DNA of 64,000 bases, taken from the IMG/VR virus record IMGVR_UViG_3300045391_003842, positions 32,001 to 96,000 of that record, one strand, 5' to 3'. This stretch comes from a virus. Under the pieces are notes generated by a model. That model was not told the DNA's origin, searched no databases, and saw only the letters and a program-made list of their open reading frames with translations. Positions 35,806 to 44,536 of this stretch are shown piece by piece (the first letter of the stretch is position 1; every line of letters begins with the position of its first letter). Position numbers and translations under genes: made by a program.

Positions 35806-37182
35806 ATGCGCCTAAACCGAGCCGTCAAGCAGCCGCCGATCGTTACCCATGAGGGTGGTAAGGCCTCTCGTATCAATCTGGTGCAGCAACTGCGCCGGTC
35901 TGTCCTCTCCTGCATGCTGTGGGAGAAGGAATTTTACGAGGATGGCGACACGATCTCTGCGCGGATCCGCAGCCTCATTCCTATGATTTCGCCGGCTGTC
36001 GTGTCGGCCCTGGCGATCGAGGCGCGCACCAAGTTTCATCTGCGTCATATCCCGCTGTTTCTGACCGCGGCGCTGGCGCAGACGGCTGCCGGCACGTCGA
36101 TTGTGTCGGAGACGCTGAACGGTGTCATCCAGCGCGCCGACGAGTTGTCGGAATTTCTGACGATCTACGCGCAGATGAACGGCGTCGCGCCTGACAAGAT
36201 CAAGCCGAAGCTGTCCAATCAGGTGCGCAAGGGCCTCGCGGCGGCCTTCGGCCGATTCGATGAATACCAGTTGGCCAAGTACAACCGCGACGCTGTGATC
36301 AAGTTGCGTGATGTGCTGTTTTTGTGCCACGCCAAGCCGAAGGATATTGCTCAGGCAGCGCTGTGGGAGCGGCTGATCAACGGCAAGATCGCGGTGCCGG
36401 ACACCTGGGAAGTCGCTTTGTCCGGGGGCGCCGACAAGAAGACCACCTGGGAGCGCCTGCTTGGCGCCAACCAGCTTGGTTACCTCGCTCTGTTGCGGAA
36501 CCTCCGCAACATGCAGGAAGTCGGCGTGGACCCGAACCTGATTCGTGAGGCGATCTTGGCGCGTCGGGGCGGTGCTGATCGGGTGTTGCCGTTCCGGTTC
36601 ACCGCGGCGGCTCGAGTCGTGCCGGCGTATGAGCCCGAATTGGATAAGGCCATGATGGCGAACATCATGGCGCTGCCGAGTCTGCCGGGCCGGACGGCGG
36701 TGCTGGTGGACGTCAGCGCCAGCATGGACGAGCGTCTGTCGGCGAAGTCGGATCTGTCTCGGTTGGATGCGGCGGCGACGCTCGCTTCCATGATAAACGC
36801 ACAGGATCGTCGGGTGTTCTCGTTCTCGACACAGGTTGTGGAGGTGGCGCCGCGCCTGGGTATGGCCGGCGTGGATGCGATCCGGACCAGCCAAATTCAC
36901 CATGGCACGCATCTGTTTGATGCGGTGGATCTGATCAATCGGACGGTACCGCATGACCGGCTCATCATCATCACCGATGAGCAGGCGACCGGGGCGGTGG
37001 GTTTTGGCTACCGCCTGGGCGGGACGCTCCGGAGCATGCCGGCGCCGGCTTGTGATCATGGCTACGTGATCAACGTGGCGAGTGCGCTGAACGGCGTTGG
37101 ATATGGTCCCTGGACTCATATCGACGGCTTTTCAGAGCAGGTGTTGCGCTGGATCGCGGAATACGAGGCCGCGGAGGTCTGA
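35806..37182 (+). CDS. rsr: Ro60 / TROVE domain RNA-binding protein
   Basis: THEGGKA, LRRSVLSCMLWEKEFYEDG, RADEL, FDEYQLAKY, LRDVLFLCH, PDTWEVALS, ALLRNLRN, LPFRF. vWA MIDAS DVSASM and IITDEQ. Confidence 0.95.
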   Translation: MRLNRAVKQPPIVTHEGGKASRINLVQQLRRSVLSCMLWEKEFYEDGDTISARIRSLIPMISPAVVSALAIEARTKFHLRHIPLFLTAALAQTAAGTSIVSETLNGVIQRADELSEFLTIYAQMNGVAPDKIKPKLSNQVRKGLAAAFGRFDEYQLAKYNRDAVIKLRDVLFLCHAKPKDIAQAALWERLINGKIAVPDTWEVALSGGADKKTTWERLLGANQLGYLALLRNLRNMQEVGVDPNLIREAILARRGGADRVLPFRFTAAARVVPAYEPELDKAMMANIMALPSLPGRTAVLVDVSASMDERLSAKSDLSRLDAAATLASMINAQDRRVFSFSTQVVEVAPRLGMAGVDAIRTSQIHHGTHLFDAVDLINRTVPHDRLIIITDEQATGAVGFGYRLGGTLRSMPAPACDHGYVINVASALNGVGYGPWTHIDGFSEQVLRWIAEYEAAEV

Positions 37183-37191
37183 GATCCGGTC

Positions 37192-37377
37192 ATGTCACCA
37201 TCTGACCTGATCACCGCTGGCGAGAGGTTATTTGGCGTGCACTGGCGCCAACCTCTCGCCGACTGGTTGGGGGTGAACATATCGACGGTGCGGCGATGGG
37301 CATCGGCCGAGGTAGCGATACCCCGGTCTGTGGCCATCGCCATCACCCTACGGTTGAAACACGAAGGATCGCCTTGA
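37192..37377 (+). CDS. Small HTH DNA-binding protein
   Basis: WRQPLADWLGVNISTVRRWASAEVAIP. Confidence 0.75.
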   Translation: MSPSDLITAGERLFGVHWRQPLADWLGVNISTVRRWASAEVAIPRSVAIAITLRLKHEGSP

Positions 37378-37408
37378 CGCTGCTGGTTGCGGTGCTGATC
37401 ATGGCGGG

Positions 37409-37594
37409 TGGTTGGGGCGCAAGTTCACAAAGCCGGTGGCGTTGGAGGGTTCATGGCACCCGCGGCTTCGAGGGCTTACCTCCGTACTGCGACCGGGACC
37501 AAAGTGGTAGTCAAGCCCGGAAGCGACACCGGATATAACCGGGCGGGAAAGCCGGGCGCTTCGTAAAATGGAGCCGGCAAAGGTAGGTCACCAC
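37409..37594 (+). ncRNA. Candidate ~190-nt structured ncRNA
   Basis: Lies between TTGACG-17-GATCAT and a strong hairpin. Nested helices and no credible ORF. Confidence 0.55.
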
Positions 37595-37598
37595 GCTA

Positions 37599-37643
37599 GA
37601 GAGGGTGCGATGCACTAACCTGCATTGCACCCTTTCATTCTAT
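37599..37643 (+). terminator. Intrinsic terminator
   Basis: GAGAGGGTGCGATGCA...TGCATTGCACCCTTTC. Confidence 0.7.
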
Positions 37644-37681
37644 TAAGTGGCATGTTATAGTGACACTTAATGGAGGGTTGA

Positions 37682-37933
37682 ATGTCCAGTCTCTTACGCC
37701 CGCAATTCGTTGTTCCAATTCCGTTTTTCATCTGGCTTGGTATCGCCACGGCCTATAGCTATGCGGTGGTGGCCGGGCTTCTGGTGTTCGGGATATACTG
37801 GCTGTTCAAGCGCTATTTGATCTGGGCGCTGGATGTGCCGAACAAGGCCTGGGAGAAGCACGGGAAAGGCTACTACACGGCGCCCGGTAACATCCTTGTT
37901 TACGATCCGAGTGACCCACGCGCCGGCCGTTGA
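37682..37933 (+). CDS. Small membrane protein
   Basis: GGAGG RBS, long hydrophobic N-terminus, palindromic site upstream (37642-37671). Confidence 0.75.
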   Translation: MSSLLRPQFVVPIPFFIWLGIATAYSYAVVAGLLVFGIYWLFKRYLIWALDVPNKAWEKHGKGYYTAPGNILVYDPSDPRAGR

Positions 37934-37964
37934 CGCGGCCCTAGGTCTTTGCCATAACACTCGA

Positions 37965-38074
37965 ACGACGGTCGCAAGACCCTTTGACATTGACCATGTC
38001 GGCTCTGCCCACGCATAGGTCACAGTTCATAGCAGTGTCGTCTAAGGGGCTGGTCCTTCGGGATCAGCCCCTTT
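37965..38074 (+). ncRNA. Candidate ~110-nt sRNA including terminator
   Basis: Promoter TTGACG-17-CATAAC (37930-37958), GGTC-GCAA-GACC hairpin, GACATTG/CAGTGTC stem, terminator GGGGCTGGTCC-TTCG-GGATCAGCCCC-TTTT. Confidence 0.55.
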
Positions 38075-38133
38075 TCATTTACGAATATCTCCGGTTGGCT
38101 TAACTTTGCGTGACACGCCACTCGGAGTCCCCG

Positions 38134-39015
38134 ATGTTTGAAGACCAGGATTATGCGCTGTGCATGGAGTTGCCCATCTTGGTCAAGGCCAAGACGGAAG
38201 GCGACAAGCGCATTGTAGAGGTGGAAGCCTCCAACGAGCAGGTGGATACCGAAGGCGACGTCATCGAACAGAAGTCGCTATTGGATGCCGGCGCCGGATT
38301 CTGCGCTACCGGGCATCTCGATATCGACCACCTGTCAGAGATCGGCGAACGCCTGGGTATCCGGAATCCTTCGCAGTACATCGTCGGCGTGCCGCTGGAG
38401 GTGAAGGATCTCGGCAAGGGCCGGACCGGCGTGCGTGGTGAGTTGAACAAGTCGGCCAAGGCGGAAGAGTTGTGGGCCGGGCTCACGATGGATCCACCCG
38501 TGCGCTGGCGCGCTTCGATTTATGGGTTCCCGAAAGCTGGCATGATCGATGACATGCGCGTCAGCAAAGGGCCGAACCCGACCGGTGCCAAACGTTACGT
38601 GGTCAAGGGAATCAACTGGCGTTCCTTGGCATTCACCCGGAACCCGATCAACGACAGCATCACCGGTAACGCACACATCGTCACGGCGAAAGCCATGATG
38701 GCGATCATGAAAGCACGTCTAGGGCCTGACGCTTTGGCGGCGATCGAAAAAGGGCCATACGCTTCGGATATGGTTGGCGGCCCGGTGAATCCGATGGATT
38801 TCATTCTTCCGCCCAGAAACCGCGAAGAACTGATGGGCCACTTCCACTACCAGATGAAGGGCAATCGGTCACCGTACGCCAATCCGGACCTTGGGTACTC
38901 GGTGTCTAATTTTCAGAACCACTTCCAGTACGTGTGCGGGTGCGCCTCGTGGGAAGCAGATCTTCTGGCAAATGCGCTGATGAATTTGTTGAAGCGTGAA
39001 CGGCGCGATAACTGA
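38134..39015 (+). CDS. Prohead (capsid maturation) protease
   Basis: EASNEQVDTEGDVI...GHLDIDH...SIYG...LAFTRNPIN. Located upstream of scaffold and MCP. Confidence 0.8.
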   Translation: MFEDQDYALCMELPILVKAKTEGDKRIVEVEASNEQVDTEGDVIEQKSLLDAGAGFCATGHLDIDHLSEIGERLGIRNPSQYIVGVPLEVKDLGKGRTGVRGELNKSAKAEELWAGLTMDPPVRWRASIYGFPKAGMIDDMRVSKGPNPTGAKRYVVKGINWRSLAFTRNPINDSITGNAHIVTAKAMMAIMKARLGPDALAAIEKGPYASDMVGGPVNPMDFILPPRNREELMGHFHYQMKGNRSPYANPDLGYSVSNFQNHFQYVCGCASWEADLLANALMNLLKRERRDN

Positions 39016-39146
39016 CGCGCATTGGCACCTGTGACTGTCACGGAGCCGTGTCATATTGACATGCCCAAAACATAGTTGCAGGTTTTCACTTCTCTGTGGT
39101 AGTCAGCCACGTAGTGATTCGCATTTTTGCGACAGCAGAGGTACGC

Positions 39147-40397
39147 ATGAACGTCAAGACAAACGCCAATCGTCCGTCCATTGCGGCCCTATTCGCTGGG
39201 TTCAGCAAGCTGGTTAAGGCGATTCCCGAAGACAAGATGGAGGACATGAAGGACGTCCTCGACATGTGGAATGAGCCCGGTGGCGAGCACAAGAATCCCT
39301 CCGCCGCGGAAATCACCACCGGCCCGGCTCAGGCTGCGGCAGGCCACGGCGCGGAGAAGATGATCGGCGAATACTCGCAGCCGGCGCCGCAGCAGGGCAT
39401 GACCCAGCAGTACCAGGCGTTCGATGGCATGCTGCGGGACTTCGGCAAGTCGTTCCAGGCGCAACTGGCCGCGACGCTCAATCCGGTTCTGGCCGGGCTC
39501 CAGCGCGACAACACCCAGATCAAGAGCTTCCTCACCGGCATTGCCCAGGTGGCGAAGGCCGAGGAAGAGGCGAAGGAAAAGGAAGCGGAGGAAGCCAAGA
39601 AGGCAGCCGCGACCGTCACCATCGATCCGGACGGCTTTTTGGGCAAGGCACAGGCCAAGCTGGTATCCGCCAAATCGCTCAGCAATGCGGCGTTCATGGC
39701 TGGTATCGACGGCGATTTTCCGACCGTCAAGGCCAAGCTGACGGAAGCCCGCACCGTGCTGAAGTCGGCCACTGCCCTCATCGCCAAGGCGATGGAGGAA
39801 AAGGAAGATCCGGAAGCCGAGTGCGAAAAGGCCATGACGTCGGCCAAGAATATCGGCAAGGCGCTCAGCAAGGCCGAGGACGAGGACAAAGAGCGCGACG
39901 AGAAGGAAGCCGCAAAGGCCAAGACGGCAGCGGAAGCCGAAGCCACCGCCAAAGCAGCGGAAGCTGAAGCTGCGGCGAAGGCTGCGGCAGCCGGCGGCAC
40001 GGCCGATCCGGCGGCAGCCAATATCGCGGCAACCGCGGCGCAGATCAAGGCGGCCGGTGAGGCGCTGACGAAGGCGGCCGAAGGCAACGCTGTGTTGATG
40101 GGCAACATCGAAATGGTCATGAAGGCCCTGATGGGCCAGTCGCAGCCCGGCGGCGCGACGGCGCCTGTCATTCAGAAGGGCACCGTTGAGCCGTTCGATC
40201 CCAAGGTTCGTGTGGCTGCCGCTCTGGAATCCCAGACCTTGAGCGGTGACGACACGATGAAGGCGCAGCAACTCCTGCAACAGCACGGTCTGGTGAAGGC
40301 CGGGCGCATGGAGCAGAGCATCTTCGACCGAAACCTCTCTCTGGCGGTGCCTGCCGTCCAAGCATTGTTTGCGGCGCCCGCGGCTGCCGCGGCGTAA
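39147..40397 (+). CDS. Scaffold-like protein
   Basis: Ala/Glu/Lys-rich coiled coil with many KA/KS sites, between protease and MCP. Confidence 0.7.
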   Translation: MNVKTNANRPSIAALFAGFSKLVKAIPEDKMEDMKDVLDMWNEPGGEHKNPSAAEITTGPAQAAAGHGAEKMIGEYSQPAPQQGMTQQYQAFDGMLRDFGKSFQAQLAATLNPVLAGLQRDNTQIKSFLTGIAQVAKAEEEAKEKEAEEAKKAAATVTIDPDGFLGKAQAKLVSAKSLSNAAFMAGIDGDFPTVKAKLTEARTVLKSATALIAKAMEEKEDPEAECEKAMTSAKNIGKALSKAEDEDKERDEKEAAKAKTAAEAEATAKAAEAEAAAKAAAAGGTADPAAANIAATAAQIKAAGEALTKAAEGNAVLMGNIEMVMKALMGQSQPGGATAPVIQKGTVEPFDPKVRVAAALESQTLSGDDTMKAQQLLQQHGLVKAGRMEQSIFDRNLSLAVPAVQALFAAPAAAAA

Positions 40398-40445
40398 GGA
40401 TCAACATCGGCCTCGCTGCATAAGCGCGGAATTCAGGAGTCATAC

Positions 40446-42269
40446 ATGAACGTCGCGATGCAACAGAACCCTGTGTTGATGAAGGCATATCAGCAGGCCG
40501 TTGCTGCTTCAAATGCCCTCATGCGGACGCATGGGGAGGGTGAGATCCAATCGTGGCTGGCGGCCATGGCGTCGGCACAGGCCGTGGCAAAGACGGATGG
40601 TGATATCCGCACCATGGTCATGGGCCACGTTGACGCGACCGACGAACTGCGCCGGTTCGAGGGGCCGATGGGGCATATGAATGCCCTGGCGCGCTTCCGT
40701 CGCGAAAATCCCTTCGCCAAGTCGCTGCCGCGTGGCAGTGAGAAATACGCCGACATGGCGGGCGACAATGCCATCATGAAAGCGGATCTGGACGTTGGCA
40801 CCCTGACCAATCTGGCGCAGGTGACCGGCGGGCAGACGCTGGGCTGGATTTCACTCGACACGCGTATGGCGCGCAGCACAATTCGGCCGGGCAGCTTCAC
40901 GCTGTATCAGATGCTGAAGAAGACCCGCGCCAATCAGATCGTGGATTACTGGCCGTCCGCGACCAGCACGGGTGGCGCCCTGCCCGGTTCTGCCTTCAAT
41001 TCGTACGGCTCCGTGACCAACGGCGCGTTGGCGACCAACGCCGGCACGTACGACATGAACTTCATCACGCTGAAGCTGGCTCTGGACGGCCGCGCCATCA
41101 CGATGGCCCTGGCAGCCCAGAACTCGTTTGTGAACGTGGCGGAGCAAGAGACCACCAATGCGGCGCTGTCCCTGCTGTCCAGCATGGATTGGGCTTGCTA
41201 CTGGGGCGATCCGACCATCTTCCCGAACCAGCCGCAGGGCCTGTATGGGGCGATCGTTTCGGGCGCACCATCCGGCAACGTGGTGGACTTCCAGCAGTAC
41301 AAGGTAGCGATGGAGTCGGGCGGCTTCAGCGACCCGGAACTGCTGTTCAAGCTGATCTTCCAGCAGGCGGCGGAAGTCGTCGGGTTCAACCGTTTCGGCG
41401 TCATCACCCACGCCTTCATGGCGCCCGACACGGCCGGCGATCTCCAGGGCATCCCGACTGGAATCCTGAACGCGATCGTCAACGGCACGAACCGCATCGC
41501 CGACCATCAGGCGCTGGTGATCAACGGCAACCTCCAGGGGCTGAATACCCGCTTCGGCGACATTCACTTCCCGGTGGACCTGCTGATGGTCTCTCGTGAT
41601 CTGCCGGCCCAGGCGATCACCGTTCCGGGTGTGTCTGGCAACGCGGCCAGCACCACGTTGACCAAGCCGACGTCGGTGACAGTGGCGGTATCCGGCGCGA
41701 ACGCGGCCTCCGACTGGTTCGGCGACTACATCGCGACGGTGTCCGGTGGTGTGGTCTACGGCGTGGCCGCGGCCGACTCGCTGATGAACGAGTCCACCCT
41801 GACGTTCTCCGCGGTGACGTCGGGCGTGGCGGCCGGCGGCGCCTACGTCGTGACGGTAACACCCGCCAACGACACCAACGTGATCGCGATGCGCGTGTTC
41901 CGGTCCGGCATCTACGCATCTGGTGTGGCGACATCCACCGATCCGAATTCGGTGCGCTTCATCGGCACGATCGTGGTTCCCAACGGCAACGGCACCAACC
42001 CGGTGACGTTCACCGATTTGAACACCCACATCCCAGGCAGTGAGACGGTCTTCCTGCTGGATCTGGACGAGGAAGACGACGCGTTCGACTATCGCTACCT
42101 GCTGCCGCTGACCAAGTTGGACCTGTTCGCCAACAATGCCTACATGCCGTGGGCGGTCACCAGCATCGGCGCGCCGCGGGTTCGCATTCCGCGCTTCCAC
42201 GGCTTGATCACCAACTATGTGCCGACCACGCCGACCTTCAATCCGCTCAATGGAACGAAGTTCCGGTAA
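40446..42269 (+). CDS. Major capsid protein
   Basis: Highly biased codons, GQTL...SLD..M and EW/DW..YWGD motifs, Ig/FN3-like insertion, strong terminator after it. Confidence 0.85.
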   Translation: MNVAMQQNPVLMKAYQQAVAASNALMRTHGEGEIQSWLAAMASAQAVAKTDGDIRTMVMGHVDATDELRRFEGPMGHMNALARFRRENPFAKSLPRGSEKYADMAGDNAIMKADLDVGTLTNLAQVTGGQTLGWISLDTRMARSTIRPGSFTLYQMLKKTRANQIVDYWPSATSTGGALPGSAFNSYGSVTNGALATNAGTYDMNFITLKLALDGRAITMALAAQNSFVNVAEQETTNAALSLLSSMDWACYWGDPTIFPNQPQGLYGAIVSGAPSGNVVDFQQYKVAMESGGFSDPELLFKLIFQQAAEVVGFNRFGVITHAFMAPDTAGDLQGIPTGILNAIVNGTNRIADHQALVINGNLQGLNTRFGDIHFPVDLLMVSRDLPAQAITVPGVSGNAASTTLTKPTSVTVAVSGANAASDWFGDYIATVSGGVVYGVAAADSLMNESTLTFSAVTSGVAAGGAYVVTVTPANDTNVIAMRVFRSGIYASGVATSTDPNSVRFIGTIVVPNGNGTNPVTFTDLNTHIPGSETVFLLDLDEEDDAFDYRYLLPLTKLDLFANNAYMPWAVTSIGAPRVRIPRFHGLITNYVPTTPTFNPLNGTKFR

Positions 42270-42294
42270 GCTGCCGGCGACGGATAGGTGACAG

Positions 42295-42325
42295 AGACGC
42301 CGGGTTGAAAGACCCGGCGTTTTCT
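42295..42325 (+). terminator. Intrinsic terminator
   Basis: GACGCCGGGTT-GAAA-GACCCGGCGTTTT. Confidence 0.85.
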
Positions 42326-42366
42326 ATATCAGGGCAAGATCTGACGTGCAGCAGGGAGCCCGCCAC

Positions 42367-43017
42367 GTGCCTACCCACAACAACGAAGATGTCACAATCC
42401 GTAGACTCCTGGCTGAGCATGAAGATCGACCGCGCGCCTATCGGTTCCCGCGGATCTACCTGGACGTCGGCGCCCACGATCCTCACACGACATCCAACAC
42501 GCACGGGTTCTATTTGGAAGGGTGGCGCGGCGTTGACGTGGAACCCCTGCCGGCCTTGGCCGCCAAACTGCGTGAGGCGCATCCGGAAAACCACGTGTTC
42601 CAATGCGCCGTGGGCGACGTGGATGATGGGCTCATGAGCCTGTACGTTCCGGATCGGTCGGATATTCTGGGGCTCGCGACGTTAGATCCAGCTATCGCGG
42701 TGCGGCATGTTGAGACCGGGTTCGGCCGGTTTCAAGCGCAACAGGTGGAAGTGCACCGGTTGGCCACTATCCTCGAATCCATTGACCTGGACGGTGAAGA
42801 TATCGCCTTCATGAGCATGGACGTGGAAGGTTTCGAGGCTGCGGCATTGCGCGGGCTGGACCTGCGCCGCAATCATCCTTTCGTCTTGGCGATCGAAGCG
42901 ACTATACCTAACACGCGCATTCCTTCCTGGGCGACCTGGGAGCCCTATGTTCTGGAGAACGGGTACGAGTTCGTTGAATTCGACGGCTGCAACCGGTTCT
43001 ATCGTTTGAAAGGTTGA
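42367..43017 (+). CDS. FkbM family methyltransferase
   Basis: YLDVGAHDP...SNT, GWRGVDVEP, FMSMDVEGFEAAALRG, FDGCNRFY. Confidence 0.9.
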   Translation: MPTHNNEDVTIRRLLAEHEDRPRAYRFPRIYLDVGAHDPHTTSNTHGFYLEGWRGVDVEPLPALAAKLREAHPENHVFQCAVGDVDDGLMSLYVPDRSDILGLATLDPAIAVRHVETGFGRFQAQQVEVHRLATILESIDLDGEDIAFMSMDVEGFEAAALRGLDLRRNHPFVLAIEATIPNTRIPSWATWEPYVLENGYEFVEFDGCNRFYRLKG

Positions 43018-43481
43018 CCATGCAGATTCGAGCCATCCTGAAGCGCACCAGTACCGCATACCGGCGGTGGCGTGCCCATAAGCGCCGGGCCGGAAAACTG
43101 AACGGCGTGCGCTTCGTGCTGGTGGGGCAGGACTATCTGACAGCCTCCAGCCCGACCACGCCGGATGAGATTCAGGCCTTGCGCCACAACTCCATGGTGT
43201 CGCTGGAGATGATGTCGAACCCACCGGCCGGCGTCGTGGAAGAAGCTGGAATTGATTCCCTGTTCCAGAGCGGTGACGATGGCGACAACGACGGCCAAGG
43301 GGACGGCGGCCAGGGTGATGGCGACCAGGGCGATGACGGCCAGGATGATGGTCAAGGCGGCGACGCCGGCACCGATCAGGCAGAACTGAACGCGCTGTTC
43401 GGCCGCAATGTGCCAGACCAACCGCCGCAGCCGATCAAGCGCCGGCCCGGCGGCCGGACGTCGTCGCGCACTGGAGCCTAA
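43014..43481 (+). CDS. Hypothetical protein with acidic G/D/Q low-complexity tract
   Basis: GDDGDNDGQGDGGQGDGDQG repeat. Confidence 0.6.
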   Translation: MTMQIRAILKRTSTAYRRWRAHKRRAGKLNGVRFVLVGQDYLTASSPTTPDEIQALRHNSMVSLEMMSNPPAGVVEEAGIDSLFQSGDDGDNDGQGDGGQGDGDQGDDGQDDGQGGDAGTDQAELNALFGRNVPDQPPQPIKRRPGGRTSSRTGA

Positions 43482-43484
43482 GTC

Positions 43485-44486
43485 ATGGGCGTACCCGGGT
43501 ACATTTCCTTCTGCTCGCCCGGCGCGGCGTCGGTGGTATCCGGGCGCGCACTGTGGAACTGGGACATCACCAATCCGAACGAACCGGTGGTCAAGAGCTA
43601 CAGCGGCAACAAGGCGACCAAGACGGGCCTGGGCGTCACGGATCTTCAGCAGGCTGCCGGCGTGCCTCTGGTGTACTACAACACTGACCCGCCGACGCCG
43701 GTACCGGCGCCGCAGTTGCTGGATTGGATCCGCGACGCGGAGGATTGGGTTGAGCAGGAAACCGGCCTGCTGTTGACGCCAACCTGGATCGCGTCGCCGC
43801 CTGAGATCCAGCCGTATGCCGCGCTGTCCACTGGGACGCCTGTCGCGTCGGGAGGCTGGGGCGGCCAGCGGCAGGGGATCGATTACGATTTGGCCGACGC
43901 CGGCTACGATTTCATCTTCGATCGCGCGCAGGATGACGGCTGGGTGGTGCAGCCCCTGCGGTATCGGCCGATTCGGAATGTCCACGTCAGCGCGGCCGAT
44001 TTCACCGCGGTCAAGAACATGGCCGGAATCTACCCGCTGCTGAGCGACTTCTTCCGTGTGCCGCCGACGTGGTTTGTGGAAGACCAGGACTACGGCATGC
44101 TGCGCATCGTGCCGGCCGAGAACGTGCAAATGCTGCCGATGTTCGCGATGCAGCTTGCGTTGATGGGTTTTGCCGAATCGGTACCGGGCGCGTGGCATTT
44201 CCAGTACACCGCGGGGCTCACGGCGACCGACTACAGCAGCCGATTCCGCTTCATCAAGCGCCTTGTCGTGTTGGACGCAGCGATGCGCGCTCTGAACTCC
44301 ATTCAGAGCACCGTCAACATGGGCCTGCTGCGAACGTCGGTGCTGGTGGATGGCATGCAGACCCAGTTGCAGTACCCGGAACAGGGCGCCTTCGGCGCGC
44401 AGATTACGGCCTTCAGCAAAGAGCGAGATTCCCTGATGCACACGGCCCAAACCAAGGTTATGGGGCCGTCTCTCCTGACCCTGTGA
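43485..44486 (+). CDS. Head-tail connector / neck protein
   Basis: Synteny, plus WIRDAEDWVE...YTAG...SVLVDG...FGAQI pattern. Confidence 0.65.
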   Translation: MGVPGYISFCSPGAASVVSGRALWNWDITNPNEPVVKSYSGNKATKTGLGVTDLQQAAGVPLVYYNTDPPTPVPAPQLLDWIRDAEDWVEQETGLLLTPTWIASPPEIQPYAALSTGTPVASGGWGGQRQGIDYDLADAGYDFIFDRAQDDGWVVQPLRYRPIRNVHVSAADFTAVKNMAGIYPLLSDFFRVPPTWFVEDQDYGMLRIVPAENVQMLPMFAMQLALMGFAESVPGAWHFQYTAGLTATDYSSRFRFIKRLVVLDAAMRALNSIQSTVNMGLLRTSVLVDGMQTQLQYPEQGAFGAQITAFSKERDSLMHTAQTKVMGPSLLTL

Positions 44487-44536
44487 TATACCACACATTT
44501 GTGATTGGAATCGTGTCGTTTTAGCTAGGATGCGGC

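Noticed and set aside
38046-38071. GGCTGGTCC resembling the 5' end of vertebrate Y RNA
   Set aside because: It is one arm of a perfect UUCG terminator hairpin followed by Ts, so the match is coincidental.
35812-42200. Long antisense ORFs (e.g. 35812..37119, 39189..40361, 40851..42200)
   Set aside because: These are shadow ORFs of GC-rich, codon-biased sense genes, with no motifs or RBS.
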